DNA from: Okamejei kenojei
Lineage: Eukaryota
Direction: 5' to 3'
Assembly (NCBI GenBank): GCA_035221665.1
Contig: JAVHYY010000086.1
Location: 434,001-498,000, forward strand
Length of the DNA stretch: 64,000 nt
In this document: piece after piece, positions 1-12,449 of the stretch
Numbering within the stretch: the first letter of the stretch is position 1
Layout of the letters: the number at the start of each line of letters is the position of its first letter
Notes under the pieces: generated by a model
Seen by the model: the letters and a program-made list of their open reading frames with translations, nothing else
Database searches by the model: none
Told to the model about the DNA's origin: nothing
Made by a program: the position numbers and the translations under genes

Positions 1-1008
1 AGGAAACCATATAACATAGGTGCAGGGAGTAGGTCATTCGGCCCTTCGAGCCTGCACCGCCATTCAATATGATCATGGCTGATCATCCAACTCAGTTATC
101 CCGTACCTGCCTTCTCTCCATACCCCCTGATCCCTCTAAGCCACAAGGCTACATCTAACTCCTCTTAAATATTGCCAATGAACTGGCCTCCAACTACCTT
201 CTGTGGCGGAGAATTCCAGAGACTCACCACTCTCTGGTGTGAAAAAAAAATGTTTTCCTCATCTTGGTCCTAAAAGATTTCCTCCTTATCCTTAAACTGT
301 GACCCCCTTGTTCTGGACTTCCCCCCCAAACATCGGGAACAATCTTCCAAACATCTAAGTCTGTCCAACCCGTTAAAGTAGTTTTATATAAGTTTTCTAT
401 AAGATCCCCCCCCCTCAATCTTCTAAAATTCTAGCGATTACAAGCTGAGCCTATCCAGTCTTTCTTCATATAAAAGTTCCTAACATCCCAGGAATCCGTA
501 TGGTGAACCTTCTCTCCTCTGTACTCCCTCTATGGCAATAATTTATTTCCTCAGATTTGGAGACCAAACCTGTACGCAAAAAAAACTCCAGGTGTGGTCT
601 CACCAAAGACCCTGTACAACTGCAAGTAGAAACCTCCCTGCTCCTGTATTCAAATCATTTTGCTATGAATGCTAACATACCATTTGCTTTCTTCACTGCC
701 TGCTGCACCTGCATTGCCTACTTTCAATGACTGGTGTACCACGACGCCCAGGTCTCCTTGCATCTCCACTTTTCCTAATCGGCCACCATTCAGATAATAG
801 TCTACTTTCCTGTATTTGCCACCAAAGTGCATAACCTCACATTTATTCACATTATTCTACATCTGGCATACATTTGCCTACTCACCCAGCCTATCCAAGT
901 CACCTTGCAGCCTCCTAGCATCATCCTCACAGCTAACACTGACCCCTGGCTTTGTGTGATCCGCAAACCAGGAGAAATTGCATCCAATTCCCTTGTCCAA
1001 ATCATTAA
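1..1008 (-). mobile_element. CR1-clade LINE 3' part, interrupted by the ERV; resumes at 8320-8377
   Basis: RT C-terminal fragments (KCEVMHFG, RGGDLIE, GHSLRIR). After the ERV the sequence continues as taatatatat..cccagcactgagcc, matching the uninterrupted CR1 copy near 41985-42030. Confidence 0.9.
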
Positions 1009-1656
1009 TGTGAGGGATAAAGTGATTAAACCCTATTAAAGAAAGGAGTTTTAAAGAGAATTCAAACAGAGAGGGGCTGGAGAGAGGATTCTGACACAGC
1101 AGTGTCTGAAGGTTGCCAGACCCATCCTCGAGTCCTTGAGTAAGAAGAGATTCATTGTATAACTAGAGAAGGGGGTGATGTAGAGAGATCCCTATCAGTG
1201 GAAAGGAGTGTTAGATGGGACCCTTGGTACTATAGCTTAGCTTTAGTACTGATATAGGAAAACTGAGAGGGTTCACTAGGAGGTGAGTAAAACTGGGCCA
1301 GGTCATGAGCAATTGAGCATACTTAATAGAATAAATGAATATTACAACACACCCCAGGTCAAGAAATTGCTCATTACCTATGAACATGTTTGAACATGCA
1401 ATGTATGATATGGGAGGGTGCGAGGGGATGTACGGTGGGAGGTACCTACAGATTGTGCACCTCCGACCCTGATTGGAGAAAGGTCCGGAGGGGAGATTGA
1501 ATGTAAGATTTTGTGTATAAAGGGGGATGATCTCTCTGGCTTCAGTGTGTCTCGAGTTGCAGAGGCACCCGGTCTGCAGACTCGTAAAATAAAGAAATCT
1601 CTGCTTCCAGGATTTAGTCTTTGAGTATTAATTGTGAGCATAAAGGGTATCTCACA
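1009..1656 (+). repeat. ERV 5' LTR
   Basis: Direct repeat of 7672-8319 with about 8 substitutions and 4 one-base indels (counted by eye); TATAAA near 1517 and AATAAA near 1588. Confidence 0.97.
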
Positions 1657-1660
1657 AATT

Positions 1661-1678
1661 TGGCGGCTCGTCCGCGAT
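1661..1678 (+). promoter_or_regulatory. Primer-binding site, tRNA-Pro-like
   Basis: TGGCGGCTCGTCCGCGAT, 4 nt after the LTR; two mismatches to the MLV-type Pro PBS TGGGGGCTCGTCCGGGAT. Confidence 0.8.
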
Positions 1679-1951
1679 CGCCACTACCCGGCTGGCTTGG
1701 TGCAGGCAAAGAAGGAGGGGAAGGTGCACCCTGCTGATTTCAGCAGTCTCTGATCTCCTTGCTTGCCAAATCAGCAGTTTGAGCGAGTGATATCCGCTGG
1801 AAAAGACTCGGGAAGCAAGAGGGGGTGTAAGGTAAATACGTACGGGACGGTCGAGTGATTCTTGTGCACAGGACCCAGGTAAGAAAAACGACTATTAAAA
1901 TATTGCCTGGGCGACCGGGGTTTTGTCGGACGGGAATAGTCCGACAAGGTA

Positions 1952-3420
1952 ATGGGAAACCGGAACGGGAGGAGTAAGGTCCGGGAAACCGGGATGAGGC
2001 TCATACTGATATGGAGCCTAACATTCCGCCCGATAGTCCGTTGGGGCGAATGTTGGATGGGATGAAGGAACACCCGGGGTAAGAAGTAAGGAAACTATGT
2101 GCCTCTCACCAGTAGGGGGTGAGGAACTTTAAAAAGGAGATGAAATGTTTATTGGGAAGACCCCTTGGGACTGGCTGAACAAATAGATCAGTTCCTAGGG
2201 CCAAAAATGTTTTTATGAAAAATATTGAGTTGTTTCAAACAATTCTCATTGAAGTAAGAATGGAACTAATGTAATGTGTGTGTAAAAACCGGTTTTTGTA
2301 TGAATGAGGAAGTTTGTATATGTGATAGGTTTGTTTGCTGTGGGCCGACATGTTGTAAGGGTTGTGTGTGTGTTCCTTTAAGGAATTGTAAGCAATGGGG
2401 GACGTTATTGTAAAGTAACGGACAACCGCTTTGTATCATCGCAACTTAAAAAGGGGAAGTTGGAAAAATGTAGTTTGCTTGGCTTCTATAGATTTCTTTT
2501 CAGTAAAGTTAATTTGGAAAATTGTTAGTCGTATGTATTTAAACTAGGAATTGGAATTTGGGAATTGTTGGGGGAATGGTTTGAACAAAATTAGAAATAA
2601 GTTAATTGCTGAACAACAAGCAGCTGTTATGGTTGTTTAGATAAACATTCTGGTTGGAGAAGGGTAATAAATTAATGGGGCCCACAAAAAAAAGGAGTTG
2701 GCAGACAATTATGTCAATAAGGGGAAGTTTGTTTACTTCCGAAGAAAGACAGATGGTCAGACAGGCAGGAGAAGGGGTTACAGGATTAAAGCGAGAGCAG
2801 TAAAATATTCCATTACTGCACGAATTGGAGTAACCAAACAGAAGAAGTGTGAGAGATCTCAGGGAGATAACAATCAAGGGAATTAGAGAAGCCGTTCCCA
2901 AGGGACAGAATTTCGAACGGGCTTTTGAAAATCAGCAGAACAAGGACGAATTCCGACAGTGTTTTTTTACAAAGTTTTAAGGAAAGAATGTCCAGCAGTA
3001 TTCGGGGATAGACCATGATACGACCGCAGGTCAGCAGTTTTTGAAGGTTAATTTTGTAACAAAATCATGGCCAAATATTAGAAAGAAATTGGAAATATTG
3101 GAAGATTGGAATGAAAAAAATCATTGAATCAGTTGTTAACAGAGGCTCAAAAGGTATATGTAAGACGGGATGAGGAGAAACAGAAGGGAAAGGCAAAAAT
3201 GATGTTGCAAGCAGTACAGCAAGTAGTATTGGAGGACGAGGAAGAGGTGAATGGAGGGACCGAAGTTGGGGTCCCCGGGGAAAACAAGGAACAAGGATCA
3301 GGAGGGTGGTACACGGGGCCACCCTGGTGTTATTATTGTAAAAGAGGAGGGTCATTTCAAGAGGGAATGTTCCTAAGCGACGAGGGGAGGTGCAGTCGTA
3401 CGCACTCATGGAGGAAGAAT
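1952..3420 (+). pseudogene. gag: ERV gag, fragmented
   Basis: MGNRNGRSK start, PDSPLGRML, VRNFKKEMK..EDPLGLAEQIDQFLGP, IKGIREAVPKGQN, EKQKGKAKMMLQAV, and a frameshifted CYYCKRGGH..C zinc knuckle. Confidence 0.85.
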
Positions 3421-3423
3421 AGG

Positions 3424-4841
3424 GGAGTCAGGGGTTCCGCTCCCTGGGGTGTATGGGATACACACGGGAACCTCTGGTAAATTTGAAATTAGGACCCCAG
3501 GGAGAGGATATGATATTTATGGTAGATTCTAGAGCAGAAGAGATCGAGTATAACTAAGGTACCAGAAGGAATGAGATTGGGTAAAAAACAGGTTAGAATT
3601 CTCAGGGGTTAGAAGGGAAAGTGATGACATTACCCGAGGTAGAAGGGGTGGTGGTAAAATATGAGAAATCGGGAAACTATAGAAGATTTAATCTTGGTAC
3701 CCCAGGCAGGGATAAATTTGATGGGGAGAGACTTACAAATCCAATTAGGAATGGGAAACACCCCCCGTAGGGGGAAAGATAATAGTCCAATTTGTATAAA
3801 TTGACCACGGGAGGACGAGGAAAGAATAGTCCCGCAGGTGTGGGCCAAGGAAGGAAACCGGGGTGGGCTGCAGATCCACCCTTGAAAATAGCTTTGAACA
3901 AAGAAGGTGAGATTAGTACGGCAAGGCAATATCCAATTTCTATGGAAGGAAGGAGAGGACTTCAGCCCAATTATAGAGAACTTACTAAAGGACGGTATAT
4001 TAGAGAGTTGTATGTCCCATATAACACCCCCGTACTCCCCGTAAGGAAAACCGACGGGACGGTCAGATTGGTCCAGGATCTCAGGGAATGAAATAAGGTA
4101 GTTAGAAACGCGACACCCGTGTGGTCACGAACCCGTATACCATAATGGGACGGATACCCCGAATCACAAGTGGTTCAGTGTGGTAGATTTAAAAGACGCT
4201 TTTTGGAGCTGTCCCCTGGCTGAAGAGAGCAGGGACCTTTTTGCGTTTGAATGGGAAAACCCAGAGACCCAAAGGAAACAAGCAGTATCGGTGGACTACA
4301 CTCCCTCAGGGATTTACAGAGTCCCCGAACCTGTTTGGACAGATATTAGAACAAGTATTAGAGGACGTCCCGAGGACTGATGAGACACAGCTGTTGCAGT
4401 ATGTGGACGATTTATTACTATCTGAGAAGTAAGACATTGAGTTTAGAATGAGAAAGAAGGCAGATCAGAAAGGATTAAAGTGGGAAGCAGAGGGATGAAT
4501 TGATGAGACTGCTTTAGAAAGAAAGAGCGTGAAAAAGGAAAGACAATGTTGTCAGTAACAACAGACCTGGTTGAAAAGTCTGAAATAAGTGATGCACCGA
4601 CACACAGTGAGTCTCTATGACAGAGCCAAACAGGGGCCAGAGATTCCATGCCAATAATAAATATATTTTGGGAGAGTCTTTTCTTCAAATGCCCTATCGG
4701 GAGTGAAATAAATCTTGATCTAAGCCCAGACAAGGCTAGTAAGGAGATAGGTAATGGATAAGGTGTGTTGGGGATGTGAACAGGTACGATAATCAGGAAA
4801 TATAATAATAATAATAATAATAATAAATAATAATAATAATA

Positions 4842-4876
<35 letters not shown>

Positions 4877-5800
4877 TCTTATAATAATATTAAGATAATG
4901 GTGAACATAGCTATGGTAAAGAACATTAAGAAGAGGTATTAAATACACCTAGGCTAGGATGCGGCAGCGTTTTAAATACTAGCGCCGTGTTTTTTAATCA
5001 GATGTTGTAGGCAGATTTGGAAGGTTTTGAATATAGTTATGTGGATGATATGCTGGTTTTGTTTCCACAAGTGAGGAGCAATGTGAGAAAGAGACATTGT
5101 AATTATCTTGGAAAAGATGGCACAGGAGGTCATGATGTATCAAGGAAGAAGTTTTTGTTTTGTCAGCAGCAGGTAGAATATTTTGGACGAGTAATATCTA
5201 AAGAAGTAAAAGCTATAGCGCAGGATCGAATTGGAAGCTTGCCTGCAATCTTGTTTAGCTCAATTGGCAGAAATTAAGGCTTTAAGAGCAGCAATATGTA
5301 CATGGAGTCTGGCATATGTTTGGAGCAGTAGGGAAACAGAAAGGCTTTGAGAAAAGCTACGGAGACCCCATGCAAAGTTTAGCAGTGTCCCCCTATGGAA
5401 TGTTGTTTTGGGTTATCTTATTTGGGAAGGTGGAAGGCACACCAACCTTTGAGGGAGGTGGACGTATTCTTGCGGAACTATTTACTGGCAGTGTCCCGTT
5501 CCCTTACAGAATTAAAAGCGAAAGGATTATTGGCTCAAAGCCGCCACTTTGACTTTCCAATACCTGCTGTAAAAGGCCGGCGACTGGGTACTGGTCAAAA
5601 ATTGGAAGGAGGAGAAACTCCAGCCCAGGTGGACCGGCCCGTAACCTAGTATTGCTGACAACCGAGACAGCAATACGAACAAAAGAAAAAGGGTGGAACC
5701 ACGCGATCTGTGTTTTAAAGGACCCGTCGATCCACCCGTTCCTGAGGAGGAGGAACAGTGGACGGTGAAGCCGGGAAGTAAACCCCTAACAGTAATTTTA
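3424..5800 (+). pseudogene. pol: ERV pro-pol, frameshifted and internally deleted
   Basis: FMVDSRA protease-like motif, PYNTPVLPVRK, VQDLRE, VDLKDAFW, LPQGFTESPNLF, YVDDLLL; RNase H relic AELRALRAA; integrase C-terminus W.GP..VLLTTETAIRT. Confidence 0.9.
4802..4880. repeat. (AAT)n microsatellite inside the ERV pol region
   Basis: Tandem aat units seen directly. Confidence 0.95.
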
Positions 5801-5832
5801 AAAAGAAAAGCATTGAATGTATAACTGACAGT

Positions 5833-7670
5833 ATGAAAGGAGCGCAGTTGTGGTATTGTTTGCTTTGTATGTAATTGTTGTAAAAGGTATAATAATTGTG
5901 ATAAATGTTATCATCCTATTCAATACAGAGGGGTAAAGACCAGATCATTTACCTATCATTCCCATGTGAACAAAGTATGCCATGACCGAAAGACTAGAAT
6001 CATTTGTAAAGAGGGGGGAAAGGAGTATTTGATGGCAGGCAATAGGGGGTATATAGGGAAGGGGGCCGTTACCTGCCCAAGGGGAGAGAGATGGGTTTGT
6101 GTACAGTTAGTTTTCCCTTCTCAGATCGTAAAAGGGGCAATAGATAAGACGAAGGAGGAAGTAATAAAATAGGTTACTAAGGTAGTAGTCACTAAGCCTC
6201 CCCCTCCCCCACATACTCAGCCTCAAGTGCACCAGACACTGTACGAAGAAATCAAGAGCAGATCGAAATCCCTGAAGGAGAAAAAAACCTGTTTGTGGAC
6301 TTGGCCACTCGGATAGCTGGGACCCTGAATGTGACTAAAACTGTTGGGTCTGCGGAGGACCACTGATGAATTCACGCTGGCCGTGGAGAGGATCCATTGT
6401 TGAAATATGGGACCTGATGGGGTGGAACCTGACAGTTGGACAAGACCGAGATTCCCAGGTATGGGTCCTGACAGATGCTCCGGTCGGGACTGAGTGTATC
6501 GCTAGGCCCTGGGCAAAGGATGCCGTCCTAGTAGGCAGCAGCCCCTGCCAGCGCATCATCACCCCAGTGGCCAAATCAGTCCCGAGTGTGGTGGCCAGAG
6601 GAGCCTAAAGGTATCTAACTAAGAAATATGGGAAAAACTGCGCTATCCGGATGGAAATTGGTGGAGTGGAATCAGCCGGACTATGGAATTGCACCGTGAA
6701 TAACCCTTATCAGGGGATCCAGTATTGCAAGATATATGGAACAAGGTTGCCTCTAGTGGACCGGCCCCTGAAGGATTGTTATGGATATGCGGATACAAGG
6801 CATACTCGGTGTTACCGATGAATTGGAGTGGGACTTGTTTTATTGGACTGGTACAACCTGGATTCTTCCTGTTAAACCCCAAAGAAGGCCGGTCGTTAGG
6901 AACACCTGTATTTGATTACCTATATCGGAAAAAGAGGAAAATAGACATTGGAGAATGGGAAGATGATGAGTGGCCACCAGCAAGAATCATCTCATACTAC
7001 GGACCAGCCACCTGGGCACAGGATGGATCCTGGGACTACCGAACACCAGTATACATGTTAAACCGGATCATAAGGCTTCAGGCAGTACTGGAGGTAATTA
7101 CCAACCAAATTGCGGGGGCGCTGGAGATGCTGGCAAAGCAGCAGACGCAGATGAGAGCAGCGATATACCAGAACAGGTTAGCCCTAGATTATCTCCTGGC
7201 AGAAGAAGGAGGGGTATGCGGGAAATTCAACCTCTCTAATTGCTGTTTGAACATCGATGATAATGGACAGGCAGTGATGGACATATCAGAAGGGATCCGG
7301 AAGTTGGCGCATGTTCCAATACAAAAGTGGAATTCGATTATGGGAACCCAATGGTGGGATTCTATCCTCGGAGGAACATGGTGGAGAACGGTGGCACTTG
7401 TGTTTTCTATGTGCAGTGGCCGGACTGATCTTTATCCCCTGTTGTATCCCTTGTTTTAGGGAACTTATTACCAGAAGTATGTCAGATGCAGGCTGTAGTC
7501 ATGCCTATGGGAGAGAAAGGGGAAATACAGAAAATAATGATAATGCGGCCAGGGGAAGTTTATGATTTACAGGAGGAGAAGGTTAGGACGATGTTACGTC
7601 AGTTCGAATTGAAGGAACTTAAAAATGAGGGTTTTAATCAGTGTATGCGTAGCAAAAGAAAAAGGGAGGA
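5833..7670 (+). pseudogene. env: ERV env (gamma-type); SU frameshifted, 244-codon open stretch 6725-7459 covering the SU C-terminus and TM
   Basis: CWVC motif, RKKR furin site, immunosuppressive domain [17 protein letters not shown]6CC motif [10 protein letters not shown], hydrophobic anchor. Confidence 0.93.
7654..7670 (+). promoter_or_regulatory. Polypurine tract
   Basis: AAAAGAAAAAGGGAGGA just before the 3' LTR. Confidence 0.9.
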
Positions 7671-7671
7671 T

Positions 7672-8319
7672 TGTGAGGGATAAAGTGATTAAACCCTATT
7701 AAAGAAAGGAGTTTTAAAGAGAATTCAAACAGAGAGGGGCTGGAGAGAGGATTCTGACACAACAGTGTCTGAAGGTTGCCAGACCCATCCTCGAGTCCTT
7801 GAGTAAGAAGAGATTCATTGTATAACTAGAGAAGGGGGTGATGTAGAGAGATCCCTATCAGTGGAAAGGAGTGATAGATGGGACCCTTGTCACTATAGCT
7901 TAGCTTTAGTACTGATATAGGAAAACTGAGAGGGTTCACTAGGAGGTGAGTAAAAACTGGGCCAGGTCATGAGCAATTGAGCATGCTTAATAGAATAAAT
8001 GAATATTACAACACACCCCTGGTCAAGAAATTGCTCATTACCATGAACATGTTTGAACATGCAATGTATTATATGGGAGGTGCGAGGGGATGTACGGTGG
8101 GAGGTACCTACAGATTGTGCACCTCCGACCCTGATTGGAGAAAGGTCCGGAGGGGAGATTGAATGTAAGATTTTGTGTATAAAGGGGGATGATCTCTCTG
8201 GCTTCAGTGTGTCTCGAGTTGGAGAGGCACCCGGTCTGCAGACTCGTAAAATAAAGAAATCTCTTGCTTCCAGGATTTAGTCTTTGAGTATTAATTGTGA
8301 GCATAAAGGGTATCTCACA
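7672..8319 (+). repeat. ERV 3' LTR
   Basis: Copy of 1009-1656, followed by TTAA. Confidence 0.97.
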
Positions 8320-8377
8320 TTAATATATATTCCCAGCACTGAGCCTTGCGGTAACCTTTTAGTCTCTGCCTCCTATT

Positions 8378-8585
8378 NNNNNNNNNNNNNNNNNNNNNNN
8401 NNNNNNNNNNNNNNNNNNNNNNNNNNNNNNNNNNNNNNNNNNNNNNNNNNNNNNNNNNNNNNNNNNNNNNNNNNNNNNNNNNNNNNNNNNNNNNNNNNNN
8501 NNNNNNNNNNNNNNNNNNNNNNNNNNNNNNNNNNNNNNNNNNNNNNNNNNNNNNNNNNNNNNNNNNNNNNNNNNNNNNNNNNNNN
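8378..8585. other. Assembly gap
   Basis: N run. Confidence 1.
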
Positions 8586-8719
8586 ATTTATCTATACATC
8601 ATTATACAATATAAATGTGTGGATATGGAGATATGGATATAAATATAATAGCCGTAGATATGAATATAGATATGGATATATAAATATATCGAATATACAC
8701 TCAAAAATATGGAATTAGT

Positions 8720-10745
8720 CTGACGTCACTGGTTGGTAAGATTTTATAAAGGATGAGAAGATTTTATAAGAGTCCATTATAAAGCATGAGGTTACGGAGT
8801 TCGTGACAAAATAGGGCGAAGTCAGCATGGGTTTGTGAAGGGGAGATCTTGCCGGACGTATCTGCTGGAAACCTTTGAAACGGAAAGTCAGTGAATGTTG
8901 TTTACCTAGATTTTCAGGACTTTGATAAGGTGTCACACGGGAGACTGCGGAGGAAGACGAGTGTTTGTAGTATCAAATTGGCAGATTCTAGCGTGGAAAT
9001 CTGGATGGCAGAATGGCAAAAGTGGAATCAAGCGATTTTTATCCGGTTGGCTGCCGGTGATTAGAGAAGCTCCGCAGCGATCGGTGCTGAGACCGCTACT
9101 CCTCACGTTCTATATTAATGATTTGGATGGGGGGGTTGGAAGAATTTCTGGCCAAGTTTGCAGATTATAAGAAAATAGTGAGAGGGGCATGTAGTGTGGA
9201 AAAACAGGAACTACATTTATTTCAATAGGACTAGAATACAAAAGTAGGGATGCAATGCTCAGGTTCTATAATGAGCTCGTCATACCGCATATGGAGCATT
9301 TTGAGTGATTCTGGCCGCATGTCAAGGTGGTTATGGATAGGGTCCAGACGAGGTTTACATGAATGATGCCTGGAATGAGTGGGTTAACACAATGATGATA
9401 GTTTGACGGCACTGGGCCTGTACTCGTTGGTGGTTAGAAGGATTGGGGGGGAGGGGGGGGGGGGTGGACGCACTTGAAATATTCTGAACAAGGCCATGAT
9501 TGAACCAGGGTCTACACCGCTGAGTCAGCTGCTCTAACTGAATCACCCCAGTGATTGTGTATGATGGAACTGCAGGGTGCGGTTTATACTGGCACAAAAT
9601 GCTGGAGTAACGCAGTGGGACAGAAAGCATCTCCGGAGAGAACGAATGGAAGACGGTTCGGGTGGAGACCCTTCTTCGGCCTGATAGTCAGGGGAAGAGA
9701 CAGTTTAGAGATATAGAAGGAAAAGATGTGATAACGGAATATCAAAGCAGACGATGGTAAGGAAATGTACAATTGTTAATTGTTGGATGAGGGGAAGCTG
9801 ACCAGAAAACATACAATCAGTAAAAGTAATCAGGACAGTGAAACTAGTCGGGGAACTGGGATGGGCAGGGTCGGAGAGAGAGGAAAAGCAAGGCTTACTT
9901 CCAGTTCGCGAAATCAATATTTGCAACCGCTGGGTTGTAAGCTTCCCGAGCGAAATATGAGGTGCTGTTCCTTCAATGTTCGTTGCGCCTCACTCTGACA
10001 GTAGAGGGGGCCCAGGACAAAGCTCTGTGTCGGAATGAGAGATGTGACGGGTAAAAATGCGATAATGGAAGTTATTTACAGGCCACCAAACAGTAGCCAG
10101 AATGTAGGATGCAAGCTACACCAGTAGATAGAATTGGCATGTAAGAAAGGCGATGCTACGGAGGTCATGTGAGATTTCATTATGCAGGTAAACTGGGTAA
10201 ATCAGGATGGTACTGGACCCCAATAAAGGGAATTTGTTGAGTGCCTCCGAGATCAATTCGTAGGACAGCTTGCTGCAGAGCCTATCATCGTATAGACGAT
10301 TCTGCATTAAGTGTTGAGTAGAGATCCGGATTTAATAAAGGAAACTTTAGGTAACTGAGCCACTAGAAGAGAGCGACCAGACCATGATACGTTTTAATCT
10401 GATATTTAAGGGGGAGAAGATGACATCGGAGGCGTCTGTCTTGCAGATGAGCAAAAGGGACTACCGAGGCACGAAGGATGATCTGGTGAAAGATGACTGG
10501 GAAGGGAACATAGCAGGGATGACAGTGGAACATTAATGGCAGGAATTTCAGGGAATAATTCGGAAGATGCAGGACGTTTTCGCTCCAAAAAGGAAGAAAG
10601 ATTCTAGGTGGAGAAAGCCATGGCTGACAAGGGAAGTCGGGACAGAATAACATTAAAAGATAAGGAGTATAACATTGCAAAGATTAGTGGGAAGCCAGAG
10701 TATTGGAAAGCTTTTAAAGAACAACAGAAAGTAAATAAAAAGGGA
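8720..10745 (+). mobile_element. Old degenerate CR1 fragments with a nested Penelope-derived repeat (~9590-10035)
   Basis: SVLRPLLLTFYINDLD RT remnant and endonuclease remnants near 10070-10400; 9890-10035 is the reverse complement of the Penelope GIY-YIG-type sequence at 49750-49890. Confidence 0.7.
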
Positions 10746-10837
10746 TGATGATACTCCAACATTTTTCTAATTCAAAATGCAGACATTCTGTTTCTATCAG
10801 TTTACTCTTTCCGTCTCTGAATTACATATTCCATCAA

Positions 10838-11585
10838 TGACGGGTGGCGCCGTCAGCGATGGCAGCCTCGCCAACAGTATAGCTGTCTTTTCGTCATTTT
10901 TGTTATTTTAAGTCTGTTCTAAAAGTGCGTGTTAATGTTCCCTGGTTTGTTTTATGTAGGAGGTGGGGGACGGGGTCGGGGGAAACGTTTTGTAAAACTC
11001 TTACATTGCCGGTGATGCGATTGTTTTCCGGATCGTAACTCCGATCGCTCTGCAGCCTAAGATCATGGAGTTGGCGGCTTTGCTCGAGAGTGACTTTGAG
11101 CCCCACCGCATGGCCGTGGATTCCCCTTGCCTGGGATCGACGCTCCAACCGCGGCCTGCAGATTTCAAGATCGAGGATCTCGCAGTCTCCGGCAGAGACT
11201 GAAGTCGGGAAGCTCCAAGTTGCAGGAGATTCGGCCAGCCCCGATCTGGGGTCCGATCGCCAGGCGAGAGGAAGCTGGGAGCCCCGCGATGCGAGAGCAT
11301 GATCGCCCGACTTGGAGCGAACGAAGGCGGGCTGCGGGAGCCAAGATCTCCGCGACAACAGAAGCTTCCAGTGCCCTACCGTGGAAGAACAATGAAGGGA
11401 AGAAGGTTGCATTTTTTTGCCTTTCATCACAGTGAGGAATGTGGGGAAGTCGCTGTGGGCGAGTGCCATGTTTAAAATTTATATTTGTGTCTTGTCGCTC
11501 TTTATTGGTATGACGGCATGGCAAACCAAATTCCTTGTATGTTGCAAACATAATTGACTAATACATTACTATTATGAGTATGATA
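10838..11585 (+). repeat. GC-rich interspersed repeat, probably a non-autonomous retroelement
   Basis: Abrupt GC-rich block ending in a LINE-like 3' tail (aaattccttgtatgttgcaaacata..attatgagtatgat). The ORFs in it have no recognisable product. Confidence 0.45.
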
Positions 11586-12449
11586 ATGAATAAGATATTA
11601 TACCACATAGGTAGAAAATAGATGGGTGACCACCAGTAAACGGATTATGGAGAAGTAGTCATGCGAAGGAGAATGATCAGAGGGTAGACGGGTGTATCGG
11701 CAGCAGGTCCACGGCATCAGGCACGGCTCAGAGCGGGGAGAGGGGAAAACAGACAGTGCGACAATCATAGGAGAGCCATTGCAGTGCGGGGGGGGGGGGG
11801 GGGGGGGGACGCAAAGAGAAGATTCAATCCACTATGCGACACACTCCAGGATGACGATTTTATTTCGTTGGGATCAACACGCAAACGGTTACAGAATATT
11901 CCAAACGCTATTTGAGGACACCGTATTATTTACTTGTCAGAAGCCTTTTTCACCCAATTCACATGATATGTTTCATTTCATGCAGCAACAGTAGTTCGTT
12001 TCGCTTTTAAGCCACATTGCTCAAACAGTATAATTTCATAAATCATTACAAGATTGAACAACATACTGTCCTTTGTTTATTCAGCAATTATGATGATGCA
12101 ATTAATTGTCGCTCCAGAGATTACACTGCAGTATAAATAGTTCTGAGAAGTTTGATGCAGAAATATCTTGACAGCTGATCTTGCTCACGGAAATAATGCA
12201 CGCACTTGGGAATGGACCGGTCTTTGCCATTTATTATTCGTTTCTTCACGTTTTCTGAGTTCCAGGTAAGAACAAAACATATGCACGTCGCCTTTCATTT
12301 AAAAAGCATTTTAAATCTGCCATTCAGCCACTTTCATCTGCAAGAATATCTCCGTCGCTATCTGTTTCTTATGATGTCGTGCGAAATCACGAATTCAATC
12401 AAGTTGTCATATACAAAGGAGTTTATAACATATAACATATAACAACTTT

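Larger units (their letters stand above)
1009..8319 (+). mobile_element. Endogenous retrovirus, class I (gamma/epsilon-like), defective provirus LTR-gag-pro-pol-env-LTR
   Basis: Two 648-bp LTRs with TGTGAG...CTCACA ends, TTAA target-site duplication (1005-1008 and 8320-8323), PBS, PPT, and gag/RT/IN/env motifs. Confidence 0.97.

Noticed and set aside
6725-7459. Domesticated syncytin-like env
   Set aside because: SU and the cytoplasmic tail are frameshifted and the provirus looks young; there is no evidence of selection.
8284-8718. ORFs spanning N runs (also 63304-63708)
   Set aside because: Artefacts of the assembly gaps.
10903-11551. Overlapping 100-190 aa ORFs
   Set aside because: GC-rich repeat with few stops and no recognisable domain.
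12206-12442. ORF MGMDRSLPFII.. as a V leader exon
   Set aside because: Another frame gives the GPCR N-terminus (..FAIYYS..VP) with a phase that matches exon 2 at 16347, and no V exon follows.
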